Shown here piece after piece: positions 24,067-36,729 of a stretch of DNA of 64,000 nt. Within the stretch, counting starts at the first letter, position 1. Each line of letters starts with the position of its first letter. The notes beneath the pieces were generated by a model. The model was not told the origin of the DNA. It searched no databases and was given only the letters and a program-made list of their open reading frames with translations. Made by a program: the position numbers and the translations under genes. Source of the DNA: Octopus bimaculoides (taxonomy: Eukaryota); contig NC_068986.1 in assembly GCF_001194135.2 (NCBI RefSeq), positions 61,861,399-61,925,398 on the forward strand, in the 5' to 3' direction.

Positions 24067-24221
24067 TCAGTTAAATGTAAATAGTGAGATATTTTCAAAT
24101 ACCTCGTCTTCAACATTATTCTTGAGATATATGGATCACCATACCTCATATCAGGACTCCAGTAGTTCCATAGTCGAGGAGGCTGTTTAACACCAACCAT
24201 AATATTAATTGTGGAAAACGC
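24067..24221 (-). repeat. Isolated inverted piggyBac transposase fragment inside the Tigger ORF
   Basis: Reverse complement of ~25600-25750 (also ~39285-39440) with independent substitutions. No TIR or TTAA. Confidence 0.85.
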
Positions 24222-24930
24222 TTGATAATATAATTGAAGAAAGAAATCATTGATAAACACAAGAAAGATCTGTACCATGCTGAAGAAAAAGGATGAGAGC
24301 AAGGCTGTTACAATAGCAAAAGTTGTCTCCAGGCTCTCTAAGCAATGAACATCTGTCCATAAAGAGATGGAAAAATTGCTTCTCCTGTGAATCAACAAGA
24401 AGCAACTTGCAGGGGATATGATTACAGAGACAATCATCTGCAAGAAAGCAGGAGTACTCTATCAGTATTTCCTGAAGCAGAACCCTGGAACATCGACAGA
24501 AGAGACATTAGTAGATGCATTTAAGGCAAGTCATGGCTGGTTTGATAATTTCAAGAAGAGGACTGGTGTTCAGTGTCATCAGGTATGGAGAAGCAGCGAG
24601 TTCTGACACGAAGGCAGGTGAGGATTTCATGTGTGAATTCCATTAGCTCATCGCAACCAAGGGGTACATTGTACAACAGGTATTCAGCTGTGATGAAACT
24701 GGCTTTTTCTGGGAAAAAAAAAAGGCCCAGAAAAACCTCCATAACTGCAGAGAAGAAAATGTCAGGCTACAAACCTATGAAAGATAGGCTAACACTTGCC
24801 CTTTCTGTCAATGTGAGCAGAGACTTGAGATTAAGCCACTCCTTGTCTACCAGTCCGAAAACCCACAAGCATTCAAGTAGCACAAAATCCTGAAGGAGAA
24901 GCTGCAGATCATGTGGAGAACAAATATTAA

Positions 24931-26790
24931 CCCTTTAGTGTTCAAACCGGCTGTATCCGGCCAAAATTAATTTCCCTTTATTTGTTCAAGCTGCCTGTAT
25001 CCAACTGCTCTATGAAATCGCTAAAAAAAATTAAAAAAAAAAAAAATCACCTTACTAAATTCTCGTAGCTTTGAGATAATGCGAGATGAAGCCTTTCCTG
25101 CCTTTATTCAAGTATAAATACTGTGAAATTGTTTAGACCACATGGTTTTTTTCAATGTTTGAAGAGAAGTCTGTACCTTAGTTTTTAAAGAAATGGCGTC
25201 AGCAAGTAGTGATTCTGACTTTGAAGGTTTTACTCTTGATGATATAGAAAATATAAATGAAAACTAGAGTATTTTGTCTTTGGATAAATCTGATATCGAC
25301 ATTAGTGATTATTCGTCAGATGAGGAAGATTTTGAGAACAAAAGTGATGAAAATGATATTGTGAACATGGCAGCATGGTCAAAGATTACAACACCAATCA
25401 CTATTCCTGATTTCACAGAAAACACTGGTCCACAACACAATTTACCTCCTGATGCTCAACTATTGGACTATCTATTTTTATTTTTACCAGAAAGTGTTTT
25501 TGAAAATGTTGTGGAGGAAACAAACAAATATGCGCAATGTTTAACTTCTATTCGCGGAAGAAACGATCCACTATGGCAACCAACTTATACTGCAATGAGA
25601 GCATTTTCCACAATTAATATGTTTGGTGTTAAATAGCTTCCTCGACTGTGGAACTACTGGAGTCCTGATATAAGGTATGGTGATCTATATATCTCAAGAA
25701 TAATGTCGAAGACAAGGTATTCGAAAATATCTCAGTATTTACATTTAACTGATTCTGTTAAATCCCCCAACAAAAACGACTCAAACTACGATGTAGTTTA
25801 TATGTAAAAAGCCACAAGGTACCTCTGCCACCAAAAGACTACTACCATTTTTGAAATTTCAGGTTGACATTGCATCTCAGTTACATGAGCGTCTTTCTTC
25901 CAGAAAGCACAGAACTGGGAGAAAAGCAAAATTAACTGAGGTGGATGTCAACAGAGAAAATACTGACTTTCATAAAGTCGAAAAGATAAATGGAAGGAAA
26001 AAAGTTTGCAGACTGTGTTCACTGCAAAAAAGAAAAACCGCAAAGGGGTATCAGATTGAAACTTCATATATGTGTTCCTTTTGCAAAGTATCTTTGTGTA
26101 AAGGGTGCTTTGGGCAGTTTCATGACAGAAATATGTCATAACTATATTATTTTGTATATTCCTTTTCATTTTATTATATATGTGAAACTGAGAAATACAT
26201 ATTAATTTTCAGCATGTTACACACTTGTATTCACCTTTGTCTCACCTGTTAATGAGATTTTTTTTATTAGATGCATTCTGTTACGTAAATGAATTCGTTA
26301 AATTGTATAAGAGTACATAGCTAATGGTATATTGACTAGTAAAAGAGTTTTGTATTTTATTTTCAATGAAAACGTTTGAATGAAATATAGAAAAATAAAA
26401 TCTTGTACCGATTATACCTGTATTTTAATCAATTCAAATTAATGTACCTCATCTTGAAAAATGTAAAATTGTTGGTTAACATCTGGGATAATTTTAGTAA
26501 CAAATCAAACAGGTAAGATGTATTAAGAATATGAATTTTAGTGTTTTTACACCTGTTAATTAAATTTACCTGCCCATAAAAGTAAAATTTAATCAGAAAG
26601 ATCAACTAAAACTATGTAACTATAAACCACTGGCATATAAGCACCCATTTACAAAATTTCAAATCTGTATGTAGAAAATTAACAAAGTTACAAGCAAATA
26701 TTGTGGACACCCCACTTGAACCTGAATAAATCAAGATTAATGTGAACAGATAAGCATTACATTTGACAAATTAATCTGAACACTAAAGGG
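24931..26790 (+). mobile_element. piggyBac-family transposon, internally deleted (PGBD4-like transposase N- and C-termini)
   Basis: TTAA duplications at 24927-24930 and 26791-26794. 14-bp TIR CCCTTTAGTGTTCA. N-terminus MASASSDSDFEGF... and a Cys-rich C-terminus CRLC...TSYMCSFCKVSLCKGCFGQFH. The DDE core is deleted. Confidence 0.92.
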
Positions 26791-27845
26791 TTAAAGCCTG
26801 GGTCACCAGGCAATTCTTTTCACCAAGTTGACCTTGTCTTTGGACCAGAAGTGAAAAGTACCTTCTAGAGAACCATCTTCCTCTCAAGGTCCTCCTCATC
26901 CTCTACAATGCTCCTACTCACCCACCTAACCTTCAAGATGATATCCTGGATGAATTTAAATTCATAAAAGTTCTGTTCCTTTCACGCAACACCACTCCTA
27001 TCTTGCAGCCCATGGACCAACAGGTGATTTCTAATTTTAAGAAACTGTATACCAAACATCTGTTTCATTGCTGCTTTGAAGTCATTGAAAATACAAATCT
27101 AATACTTCATGAGTTTTTCAAGGAGCACTACAACATTGTTAACTGCCTGAAAATCATCAATATGGCCTGGCAGGGTGTAACAAGCAGAACACTGAATTCT
27201 GTATGGAGGAAACTGTGGCCTGACTGCGTATCTGAAAGATACTTCAAGAGGTTTGAGTCTGAGACACCTGTAGTCAAGGAGATAGTGTCTGTGGGCAAGT
27301 TCATGGGCCTCGAGGTTGATGATGGGGGCATTAACGATCTTGTTGAGGAACACTCAGGGAAGCTGACAACAGATGAACTCCTGCAGCTTCAGGAGGAGCA
27401 GCATTTGGATGCAGTGGAAGAGAAGTTCCCCAGAGAAGGCTATCTCTACGAGTGATAAAGGCAATGTTGGCAAAGTGGTAGTATGTTACTGAATTTGTAG
27501 GTCATGCAGCTACTTTATTTAATAACACTGCTCTGGCACATTTTCATAACATTTTAAAAGGCAAGAAAAAGCAGATTTCTCTTAATGTTTCTAATGAAAC
27601 GACTTGCAAGTGTGAAAACTGAAGAAAGTGTGTCCAAAAAACCTAAATTAAGTGAAGTGAGAGAGAAAATGCCAGAAAAAATTATTTTTGGGTGGTGGTG
27701 GTGTAGGGGGACTGGAACAGATATTTTAATTAATTTCAATGAGGAAAATTGATTTGTAAAATGAGTAAATTGTGAAACAAGCTTGATCATGAAACAAATT
27801 AGACTTGTACTGCAAGGTATCACTGTACTAATATTTGCTTCTTAA

Positions 27846-28063
27846 CCCTTTAGTGTTCAGATTAATTTGTCAAAAGTAATCATTTATTCACATTTAAAAA
27901 AATTTTATCTGATATTATTTTGTAGCTTCAAGATAGGAAAGATGTAATTGCTTATTTTTAGAATGACATTGCAGGGTAGGTGTGAGATGTTGGTTCTGGC
28001 CAATTTGAGCATAAAATGTATAGAATATTTGGGCCGGATACAGCCGGTTTAAACACTAAAGGG
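27846..28063 (-). mobile_element. piggyBac-derived MITE (218 bp)
   Basis: TTAA at 27842-27845 and 28064-28067. Both termini match the two ends of the 24931-26790 element in reversed orientation. Confidence 0.9.
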
Positions 28064-28919
28064 TTAAATTGATGAATTAGCTTATTTTGAGTATGTCTCT
28101 GATTCTGCTGAATAGTTGGAAAATTAACACACACACTTGTTTCATTCTGTTAAAGACTTCAGTTATGTTTTCAAGTGTTATACTTTTAAACAAGCTTAAC
28201 GATGGAATAAAATCAAATACATTGTAACAAACAAAATATATATATACACACACACACATATGTATGTATACAATGAAAGATTTTCTTAAAAGTTATTAAC
28301 TATTTAAAAATTTTTTGTTTTGAAAAACAGAACAGACAGACTGAGATGACTGGTGGTATGAGGTTCTTGGGAAGAAGCTACCCACCTAAGTAAAACTGAG
28401 TTCTGGAAGTGTTGTATATCATGCACTTTCCACTCATGCATTACATTAATTCACTCCAATGAACCAATCTACATCTCATCATGTACTATGTTTCACCCCC
28501 ACTCACTTATTGTTGCTTTGTCATCTCTATCCTGTCCTCACTCAGCCAACTGTATCACTGCTATACTGCCACTCTCCTATGTGCCTGTGTTCATTCCTCT
28601 GCATCATTCCTCTTCCCAAAACTCCTTTTGCACTCTTGTGAACACCCTGCTTATTCACTCTATCCAATCCTCTACCACTCCACCCACCTTGTATTTTCAA
28701 GGTACATCTTGGCACATTTTCACCACCATCTTCTCTCTGCCTCTGTTTGTCTCTCCCTCTCTCCAACTTAGGTGTTTTGCTGTAGAGGAAATACATAGCT
28801 ACCTGATCCTGTCCCTCAAATATAGTTTAACCTTTCATGAATAGGTACAACAAATCCACCACCATCAATACTACTCACCCTCTCAGCTGGGGGTATGGGG
28901 TGTGTCTTTGTTTTGCAAG

Positions 28920-29065
28920 CTACTTCATGGCCTTGCCAGTGCTGGTGTCATGTAAAAAGTACTCAGCACACTCAGTGAAGTGGTTGGCATTGGGAAAAGC
29001 ATCCAGCTTCTATCAAACTGTCTGATCCATGTCAGCATGAAGAACAGGCATTAAATGCTGATGAC
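28920..29065 (+). mobile_element. Diverged RTE 3' tail
   Basis: gtgaagtggttggcattgggaaaagcatccagc...gcatgaagaacaggcattaaatgctgatgac. Confidence 0.6.
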
Positions 29066-29732
29066 AACGAAGACACAAACCGTTTGGAAAGGTTTGTATT
29101 GTTCTGTTTTCCAACCAACTCCTTTTTAAATGGTTAATAACTTTTAAGAAAATCTTTAACTATTGTACTAGTATTTTTGGCAAAAAAATACACACACACA
29201 CACAAAAGTATTGCAGAAGCTCCCAAACTAATACAGGTCAAGTGTACAAGAGATATTTTTTTTTAAAGCCCCCACCCTCAATGTTGTCTAAGGTTTAATT
29301 TGAATGCCTGGTGAGAAAGGTTAATTTTTAAAAGATATTTTTTTGTTCTGCTGAATAACACAACCAGTCATTGAACAATGATGGGCATATCATAAGAGAG
29401 ACCTATTTCTTGTGTGTGTTTGCACTGTTTGCCTTTCCAGGCTCTGTTAATGAAGAGGAGATAACCATTCTGAAATGCATGCATCCTACAGTCTGGTTAG
29501 GGGATGCTGTGAGTTGACTCAGTGTATTAACACCTATTTGTCTACAGTGAAAAATTTTCTCCATGACAAAATACAGTGAATGGCTTTCTTATGGGTTCAA
29601 ACATATTTCAGCTGGTAACAAGTTTGTATTTATACATATCGCTGCCACCCTGTATATATCACTTGTAGCTAATTCTCTTCTCCCTATATAAGCTTATGGC
29701 CTAAATAAGAAATCAATATTCTACAAATACAT

Positions 29733-29735
<3 letters not shown>

Positions 29736-29785
<50 letters not shown>
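29736..29785. repeat. (GT)n microsatellite
   Basis: Perfect dinucleotide run of about 25 units. Confidence 0.95.
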
Positions 29786-29788
<3 letters not shown>

Positions 29789-29954
29789 GCACAACCACAT
29801 ATACACACATTACTATTAAGTATAAAAAGATCAGCAAAAGGAGAAATGTTATTTTATCAAAGCAAAGGAATATGAAAGATTAAGATGAAATAAATTTACG
29901 ACTGGTTTAATTTTAAATAGGGTCTTGATTTAAAAGTTTCAGCAGCAAATAGTT

Positions 29955-30380
29955 TATTGGATTGGTGTAAAAATGTTACAAAGCATATTTTACACCATTA
30001 AAACAATCTGCTTTTTGATCAACAGTATGATATGAAGAGAGATGGATTCTATATGAAACTTGGCAGCATTCTGCTAGACAGGACTGAAATGAAGTACCAA
30101 AACATGTTCCCAAACCAAAGTTATATCAAAAAGAAGGCTATGGCTAGTGTTTGGTGGCCAGCAAGTAGAATCATCTACTACCACTTATTAAATCCTTAGT
30201 GCACCCACACAACAGCAGAAAACTGTACCAACAAGATCAGCAAACTGTTGTGTCTGGAAATGGTCAATCAAAAAGGATAAATTCTTCTCCATAACACTGG
30301 ACCACACCTTATAAATGATTGTAAAAGTTTAAACTGGGCTATGAAACTTTACATCACCCAACTTACTAAATTCCTCTCCA
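29955..30380 (+). mobile_element. Mariner (DD34D, Hsmar1/SETMAR-like) remnant
   Basis: TIR-like tattggattggtgtaaaa at ~29955. Frameshifted motifs RWILY, PKHVPKPKLYQKKAMASVWW, ILLHN..PH and LGYETLHHP. Confidence 0.65.
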
Positions 30381-30381
30381 C

Positions 30382-30415
<34 letters not shown>

Positions 30416-30984
30416 GAGAGATACAGCTAGAAATCATAAGAGGAAAAAGAGAACTAAAAAAAGCCAGAAAAAAAAAGAAAGAGAAAATAACAATTACCTA
30501 TACTAAGATGTGAGCATGCATATATTGGAGTATGGTATTACATTTGTATCAATTCATCAGAAATTTTAGCCCACAAAAATTATTTGTTTGCCATCAACTC
30601 CTTACTACTTACAACCACCACCACCACCATCTCCATTAATGAATACTCTACCAACACCACCACAACAAACTGTTCCAGCTTTGTGTGTGTGTATGTGGGC
30701 ATGCATATATTGGAGTATGGTATTACATTTGTATCAATTCATCAGAATTTCTTTTCTCCATATTAACACTTCTCACAATTTCCTCATCCTTCTGTCCCTC
30801 AACTGCAATTTACCACCATCTCCACCAATGCAGCAACTGACAACTGCAATTTTCAGTTTTCACAAGTGAAACCTGTAGAATTTCCATGGGTTTCACAAGT
30901 TGTAATTACATTACTAAAGTTCCTCAAAAGAACATGAACAACATTTCAATTTCTTCACAAACATTTAAAATATATTTTGTCTAG

Positions 30985-31070
30985 GTTGACATATGGAACT
31001 AGAGGCAGCTTCCCTCAGGGTGTGGGCACAGGTGCCAATGGCTTTTGTAAACCGCCTCATGCACTCCCAT
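30985..31070 (+). repeat. Tc1 transposase 3' fragment (inverted relative to 32150-32235)
   Basis: ELEAASLRVWAQVPMAFVNRLMHS versus ELEVASLRV... in the main copy. Confidence 0.75.
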
Positions 31071-31387
31071 GATATTGAACATGTCACACTCTACAATCTT
31101 TTGTTTTTTTGTTGCAATAAAAAAAAAAAAAATGGTTATTACATAAAGGTGAGGGAAAGAGGTATAATCTATGTCAATACTATCATTCAGCAAAATAATG
31201 AAAGGAGCTTGTTCTTCAGGAGGGGAGGCACTATCAAGTTGTTCACATTTGTAAGAAATCAGTTGGATAAAGTTTATATTACATGTAATTCTTTTCACCT
31301 GCTTATAAAACTTTTTGTTCCTATTTGAAAAATTTACTATTTTTAATTTTAACTCAACCGAAACAGGAATATTGATTTCTTATGTAA

Positions 31388-31438
31388 GTCCTGTTCTTTC
31401 TCCAATATATCACAGATATATTGGAGAAAGAACAGGAC
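31388..31438. repeat. Perfect 24-bp hairpin with 3-nt loop
   Basis: gtcctgttctttctccaatatatc-aca-gatatattggagaaagaacaggac. Confidence 0.9.
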
Positions 31439-31769
31439 ATTTAACATCTAAGTCTTTCTCAAAATGTATAACTTGAATTAAAATGAGCAAGAGCTTTTCT
31501 TTATTTTACTCTTTTCTATTAAATTATTACCTAAAACTGCACCTGACACAGTTGCAGCACATCATCAATATTGCACTTTATTTCAAAAATCAAAAAACTT
31601 AACTCTCACACTAAGTTGTGTATAAAAATATATGACAAGAATGGCAAAATTACTGCAGAGTATCTTTATTGCTATACAGTATATCTCCTGAATCATTAGA
31701 TGAAAACTAAACCTTCAGTAATGCCGAAGTATTTTATCTTTTTATTTGTTTCAATTAAATGAATTGACC

Positions 31770-31900
31770 CCAGTACTTGTGCTATCAGCCTCTTTTCACC
31801 GAACCATTAAGTTACAGCGACATAAACACACCAACACTGTCTGTCAAGCAGTGGTGGGGACAAATAAACACAAAGACATGCATAGTTATACACACAAACA
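31770..31900 (-). mobile_element. SINE family A tail fragment
   Basis: ttgaccccagtactt...gaaccattaagttacagcgacataaacacaccaacact matches 11170-11275. Confidence 0.65.
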
Positions 31901-31902
31901 TA

Positions 31903-33324
31903 CATGAACTGCAAAAGAAATGCGAGAAGTGTGTGACGGTAAAATATGTTTTAATTTCATTATGTCAGAGATAAATTTTGATAAATCTGATAAAGTCAAT
32001 TTCTTGGATGCACTTTGACCACAGTCTTATGGGTTGCTGTCATGTATTCTGGTAGTGGGTGGATCCGGCATATCGAGATTGTAGGGCATGACATGTTCAA
32101 GACTATGTATGCCCTCCCTGGGTATTCAAAATGGCAATAAACCATTGGTAAATGGAGTGCATGAGACAGTTCACAAAAGCCACAGACACCTGTGCTCACA
32201 CCCTGAGGGAAGCTACCTCCAGTTCCACATGAGTTGTTGGCCTTGGGACCACCTGGTTCAGCAGTCTCTGGATTTCATCCCACAGGTGTTCAATTGGGTT
32301 CAAATCTGGGCTGAGAGCCGGCCATGGCATGGTTCTGATGTTGTACTGATGCAGGAAGTCCATGGTGACCTTGGCTGTGTGGGAGGGAGCATTGTCCTGC
32401 TGGAACACGTGATGTGTGAAGAAGGGCAAAATGTGAGGTCTTAGGATCTGGTCAATGTAGCACTGTGCTGTGATGCCATTCCCTCTGCCTACAACATTTT
32501 GTAACACATGGGCCCAATTCTCTGATTCAGGCCTATAGCAGCCCAAACCATAATACTTTGGTCACCCCATGCATCTATCTCCTTGACACATGTCTCTGCA
32601 GCGTTCACCCCTCCTATGTCACACAAAGTGGAAATGCAGTACCAGCTCTCGTCAGAAAAGACAATCTACCGCCATTGTTGATGCTGCCAATGTTGGCGCT
32701 GTGTAGCCCACTGTAGTCATGCCTGATGGTGGCGGGCAGTGAGGACGCCCTCAAGCAGGACGATAACAATGCAGGTGGCGGCCAGTCGATGTTGTTGCTG
32801 TCACGCTGGCTGGTCTGAAGCGATCATGGAGGTATTGCAGGTGAATGAAGTGGTCCTGTCTGGGCGTGGTCACCTGGGGCCGCTCTCTGCAGCGCTGTTC
32901 CAGGCGATAGATGGTGCTGACATGGACATTGTTAGCTTTTGCAACAACCAGGGCACGCGGCTCTGCTTGCAATCAGCCAATAGCTTGTTCTCTCTGCGCT
33001 GCTGACAATCGGGTCATACATGATGTGTCCAAATTACGAATGCCAGGAATGCAATTCAAGTTAATTTTTATACTCATAACCTCCACGAGATGCATGTGCA
33101 TTTCAGTTTTCATGACAATTGTTTGTGACTGCCACCCACAGCATTCAACACAGCTGCATTTTGGCGTCTTGTTTCAGGGTAAGTTGAAAGGTTACCTGCA
33201 ATTTTGGTCTCAGCCATAAACCAGCATGTCTTGGAGTATTTACCCTTACATCCACAAAATAAATTTTCAGAATTTACCATATAAAATTGACACTTGAAAA
33301 AATTGTTTCTTTTGCGGTTCAGTG
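31903..33324 (-). mobile_element. Tc1-like (DD34E) DNA transposon, degenerate
   Basis: TIRs CA(C)TGAAC(C/T)GCAAAAGAAA at both ends. Minus-strand FQQDNAPSHTA, WPALSPDLNPIEHLWDEI and an N-terminal HTH region with RPQVTTPRQD. Confidence 0.88.
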
Positions 33325-33329
33325 TGTAC

Positions 33330-33840
33330 ATATGTAAATACACACACAATGGGCCAACCAAATTCACTCACAAAGCTTTACTCAGTCAAAGGCTCTAGTA
33401 GATGACAATTGCCCAAGGTGTCATGCAGTGGGACTCAATCCAAAACTATGTGGTTGGGAAGCAAACTATCACACAGCCATACCTGTGCCTATAGAATTAA
33501 AAAAAAAAAATCACATTATTTCAACAATCACTTTGCCAGGTTTGCAAGGGCCAGGGAGAGTTTGAGGCAGATTTTCTAAATCTGGATGCCCTTCCTGTTG
33601 CCAAATCTCAACTGTTTCCAAGCTAAGGTAATATGACATGGAAACGAATGACACTGCTCATATGATAATGACACTATCACATGCTGTTGAGACATGTACA
33701 GTGTGCTTCTTTCAATTTCTGTTTACCAAATTCACTCATCAGGCTTTGGGCACTAGTTCAAGGTGCTATGCAATAAGACTTGACTGAACCCCAAATTATG
33801 TGTGTGGGACGCAAACTTTTTAACCACACAGCCATGGCTT
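33330..33840 (-). mobile_element. Two tandem SINE family A copies (33330-33490 and 33600-33840)
   Basis: Both carry the ccaaattcactca(c/tc)a...gctt...caaggtg(t/c)...tgcagtgggactcaa head motif. Confidence 0.7.
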
Positions 33841-33844
33841 GGAT

Positions 33845-34715
33845 AGCTTGACTGAAAACTTGTAAGCTGGGGAGCTGCACCAGGTTCCGATCTGATTTGG
33901 CATAGTTTCTACAGTTGGATGCCCTTTTTAATGCCAACCACTCCAAAAATGTAGTGGGTGCTTTTGACATGCCAGTTATAAAACACAGGCATCAGCCACG
34001 ACTACGATTTCACTTAGCTTGACAGGTATTCTCAAACACGGTATACTGCCAAAGTTCTTGGTCACTTGTCACTGCCTCCAGCCACAACTATGATTTCACT
34101 TGCCTTGACGGGTCTTCTCAAGCACAGCATATCATCTAAGGCCTCATTTGTTATTGCTTCTGTGAGGCCCAAAGTTCGAAAATCATGCTTCACTACCTCA
34201 TCCCATGTCTTCCTGGGTCTACCTCTTCCACAGATTCCCTTCACCATTAGAGATCAGCACTTCTTCACACAGCTGTCTTCGTCCATACGCATCACATGAC
34301 CATACCAGCACAATCGTCTCTCTTGCACCCACATCTGATGCCTCTTATGCCCAACCTTTCTCTCAAGATGCTTACACTCTGTCATACATGCACACTAACA
34401 TAGCACATCCAGAGAAGCATACTAGTTTAATTTCTTTCNNNNNNNNNNACACTAACATAGCACATCCAGAGAAGCATACTAGTTTAATTTCTTTCAAGCT
34501 TTTGCATGTCCTCAGCAGTCACAGCCCATGTTTCACTGCCATGAAGCATGGCTGTTCACACACAGGTATCATACAACCTGCTTTTCACTCTGAGGGAGAG
34601 ACCCTTTGTTACCAACAGAGGTAGGAGCTCTCTGAACTTTTCCCAGCTTATTCCAGCAGCTATGCTCTCGAAGCATCCACCTCCACTACTAACTTGGTCA
34701 CCCAGGTAACAAAAG
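33845..34715 (-). mobile_element. RTE LINE 3' part
   Basis: Minus-strand MVKGICGRGRPRKTWDEVVKHDF, LHGSETWAVTAEDM and 3' UTR pieces. Confidence 0.85.
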
Positions 34716-35819
34716 CTATCAACTACTTCTAGTTTTCTTTGATAAAGAATATTTTTGAAAAAGCCACGGCAACATGGCTAAAGCCTTTAAGTAAAAAAAA
34801 AAATTTCCATATAAACAAGTGATTATTATTTTGTTTTAAATCTGACAAATAAACTTTGACTAAAAAAGTATAATTATCATTAGCCCTCATAAAATGACTG
34901 GGCAAATCAATTTTGTGCATGGAAAAAGACAAAGTTTATCTCTTTAAGAATAGCTATACTTTTCCTTATTTTTTCTTCAAATTTAAAATAATAGCACCTT
35001 TATTATTTTTGAAATTTGTAAAAATGTTTGTCTTCCTTGATGTAGAAACATTAGATTTGAAACAGTTGAAATAAATCATGTCCAAGGTGAAAAGGTATCA
35101 GTGGATTTAGACGGTAAAATTACTATTTTAATCAGGATTTTCATTTTCCCAACCTCAGTAAAATAGAACATATCTACAACATAGAATATTCCCACAAAGT
35201 TCCGATCCATCACCTAACAGTAATTCAAGAGAAACTTATTTTTCAGGTGGGCAGACATGAAAGTACTGACAGGCCTAGTTGATAGAGCAGAGTTCAACCA
35301 GAGCAGCAGTCAGTAATTTATATCTTAAGGGCAAGATACTTAACTCTAAATGATCCAGTTCACTTAGCTGCAAATAGATACTTCAAGAGAGGAAAAACCT
35401 TCCACTGTATACAGCAGTGTCATAATAAAATTAATGAGTTTCAATAGCATGTCATACCGAATTGCACTCCTGTGGGAATAACACAGAGAGCTGGGCTCTC
35501 AAAATGATTCTACAATGATCTGCAAGAACATAGTATTTGTCAGACTAGTATAAACATAGGTATCTCTGTGGCCTAGAAAAATAAAAATGAATGAATAGGA
35601 TAGCATTGAAGCCCAGTGCAATCAGCAGTAAAAGCTTTTATACAACAGTAAGAGATTTAATTTTCTTGATTGGGTAAAGAGTAATGGAAAGAATATGAAG
35701 ACTGCTCAAAATTCTTTGCATAGATATTATAACCTGACTGTGAGAAAAAAATATGTGCCTATGGTGGAAATTATAACTGTTGTTATTACTATTATTTAGA
35801 TATTTGTCAGGATGAACAA

Positions 35820-36660
35820 CGGGACCACAAGATATATATGTCAACACGGCAATGCCACCTTTATTACATCAATGAGGTTCAGTCCTCAGCCCCTTCCTAT
35901 TTATCATAGACCTCCAGGCGATTACAGGGGAATTCAAGACAGGATGCCCCTGGGAGCTCCTCCATACTGATAACCTTGCACTAATTGCTGAGTCACTATC
36001 AGAACTAGAGGAGAAGTTTCAGGTGTGGACGCAAGGACTACATTCGAAGGGCCTTAGAGTCAACCTAGCTAAAACCAAAGTCCTAATAAGTAGGAAGGTA
36101 GACAAAACACAAACCCCTTCAGGTAGATGGCCTTGCTCAATCTGTAGAAAAGGTGTAGGTAGAAACTCTATAAGATGCCCCCAGTGCAAGCTATGGACAC
36201 ATAAAAGGTGCAGCAATATCAAAGGAAGGTTAACTAGGAAGTTAGTTTTTGTATGTAGCAGATGTTCAGGAGCAAAAAACACTGTAAATGTGCAGAAAAC
36301 AACTTCTGCCACATTCCAGGGAGAAAAACTAGACTTAGTTGATAGCTTCCGCTATCTAGGTGACCAAGTTAGTAGTGGGGGAGGGTGCGCTGAAAGTGTA
36401 GCTGCTAGAATAAGAATAGCCTGGGCAAAGTTCAGAGAGCTCTTACTTCTGCTGGTGACAAGGGGCGTCTCACTCAGAGTAAAAGGTAGACTGTATGACG
36501 CATGTGTACGAACAGCCATGCTACATGGCAGTGCAACATGGGCTGTGACTGCTGAGGACATGTGTAGGCTCGCAAGGAATGAAGCTAGTATGCTCCGATG
36601 GACGTGTAATGTCAGTGTACATACTTGACAGAGCGTAAGTACCTTGAGAGAAAAGTTGAA
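35820..36660 (+). mobile_element. RTE LINE internal RT fragment ending at (AAT)n
   Basis: The 201-aa ORF 36023-36628 is nearly identical to 3260-3860. It is truncated at the (AAT)n run at 36660-36685. Confidence 0.9.
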
Positions 36661-36729
36661 TAATAATAATAATAATAATAATAATGATCTCTGCCGATCA
36701 AAGTCACAACCCACAACTAAGTCTTAAGT

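Larger units (their letters stand above)
23710..27825 (+). mobile_element. Tigger/pogo-like DNA transposon (CENP-B/TIGD1-like transposase), degenerate, interrupted by piggyBac
   Basis: TA|CAGTAGAATCTTG at the left and CACTG|TA at the right. Transposase motifs FKASHGWFDNFKKR, YKPMKDRLTL, MWRTN|IKAWVTR (split by the insertion) and LQPMDQQVISNFKKLY. Confidence 0.88.

Noticed and set aside
28330-28830. Purine-rich minus-strand stretch, possibly an old RTE endonuclease region
   Set aside because: No diagnostic motif could be read confidently.
34389-34495. 46-bp direct repeat (cactaacatagcacatccagag...)
   Set aside because: The two copies flank a 10-N gap, the typical signature of unmerged overlapping contig ends.
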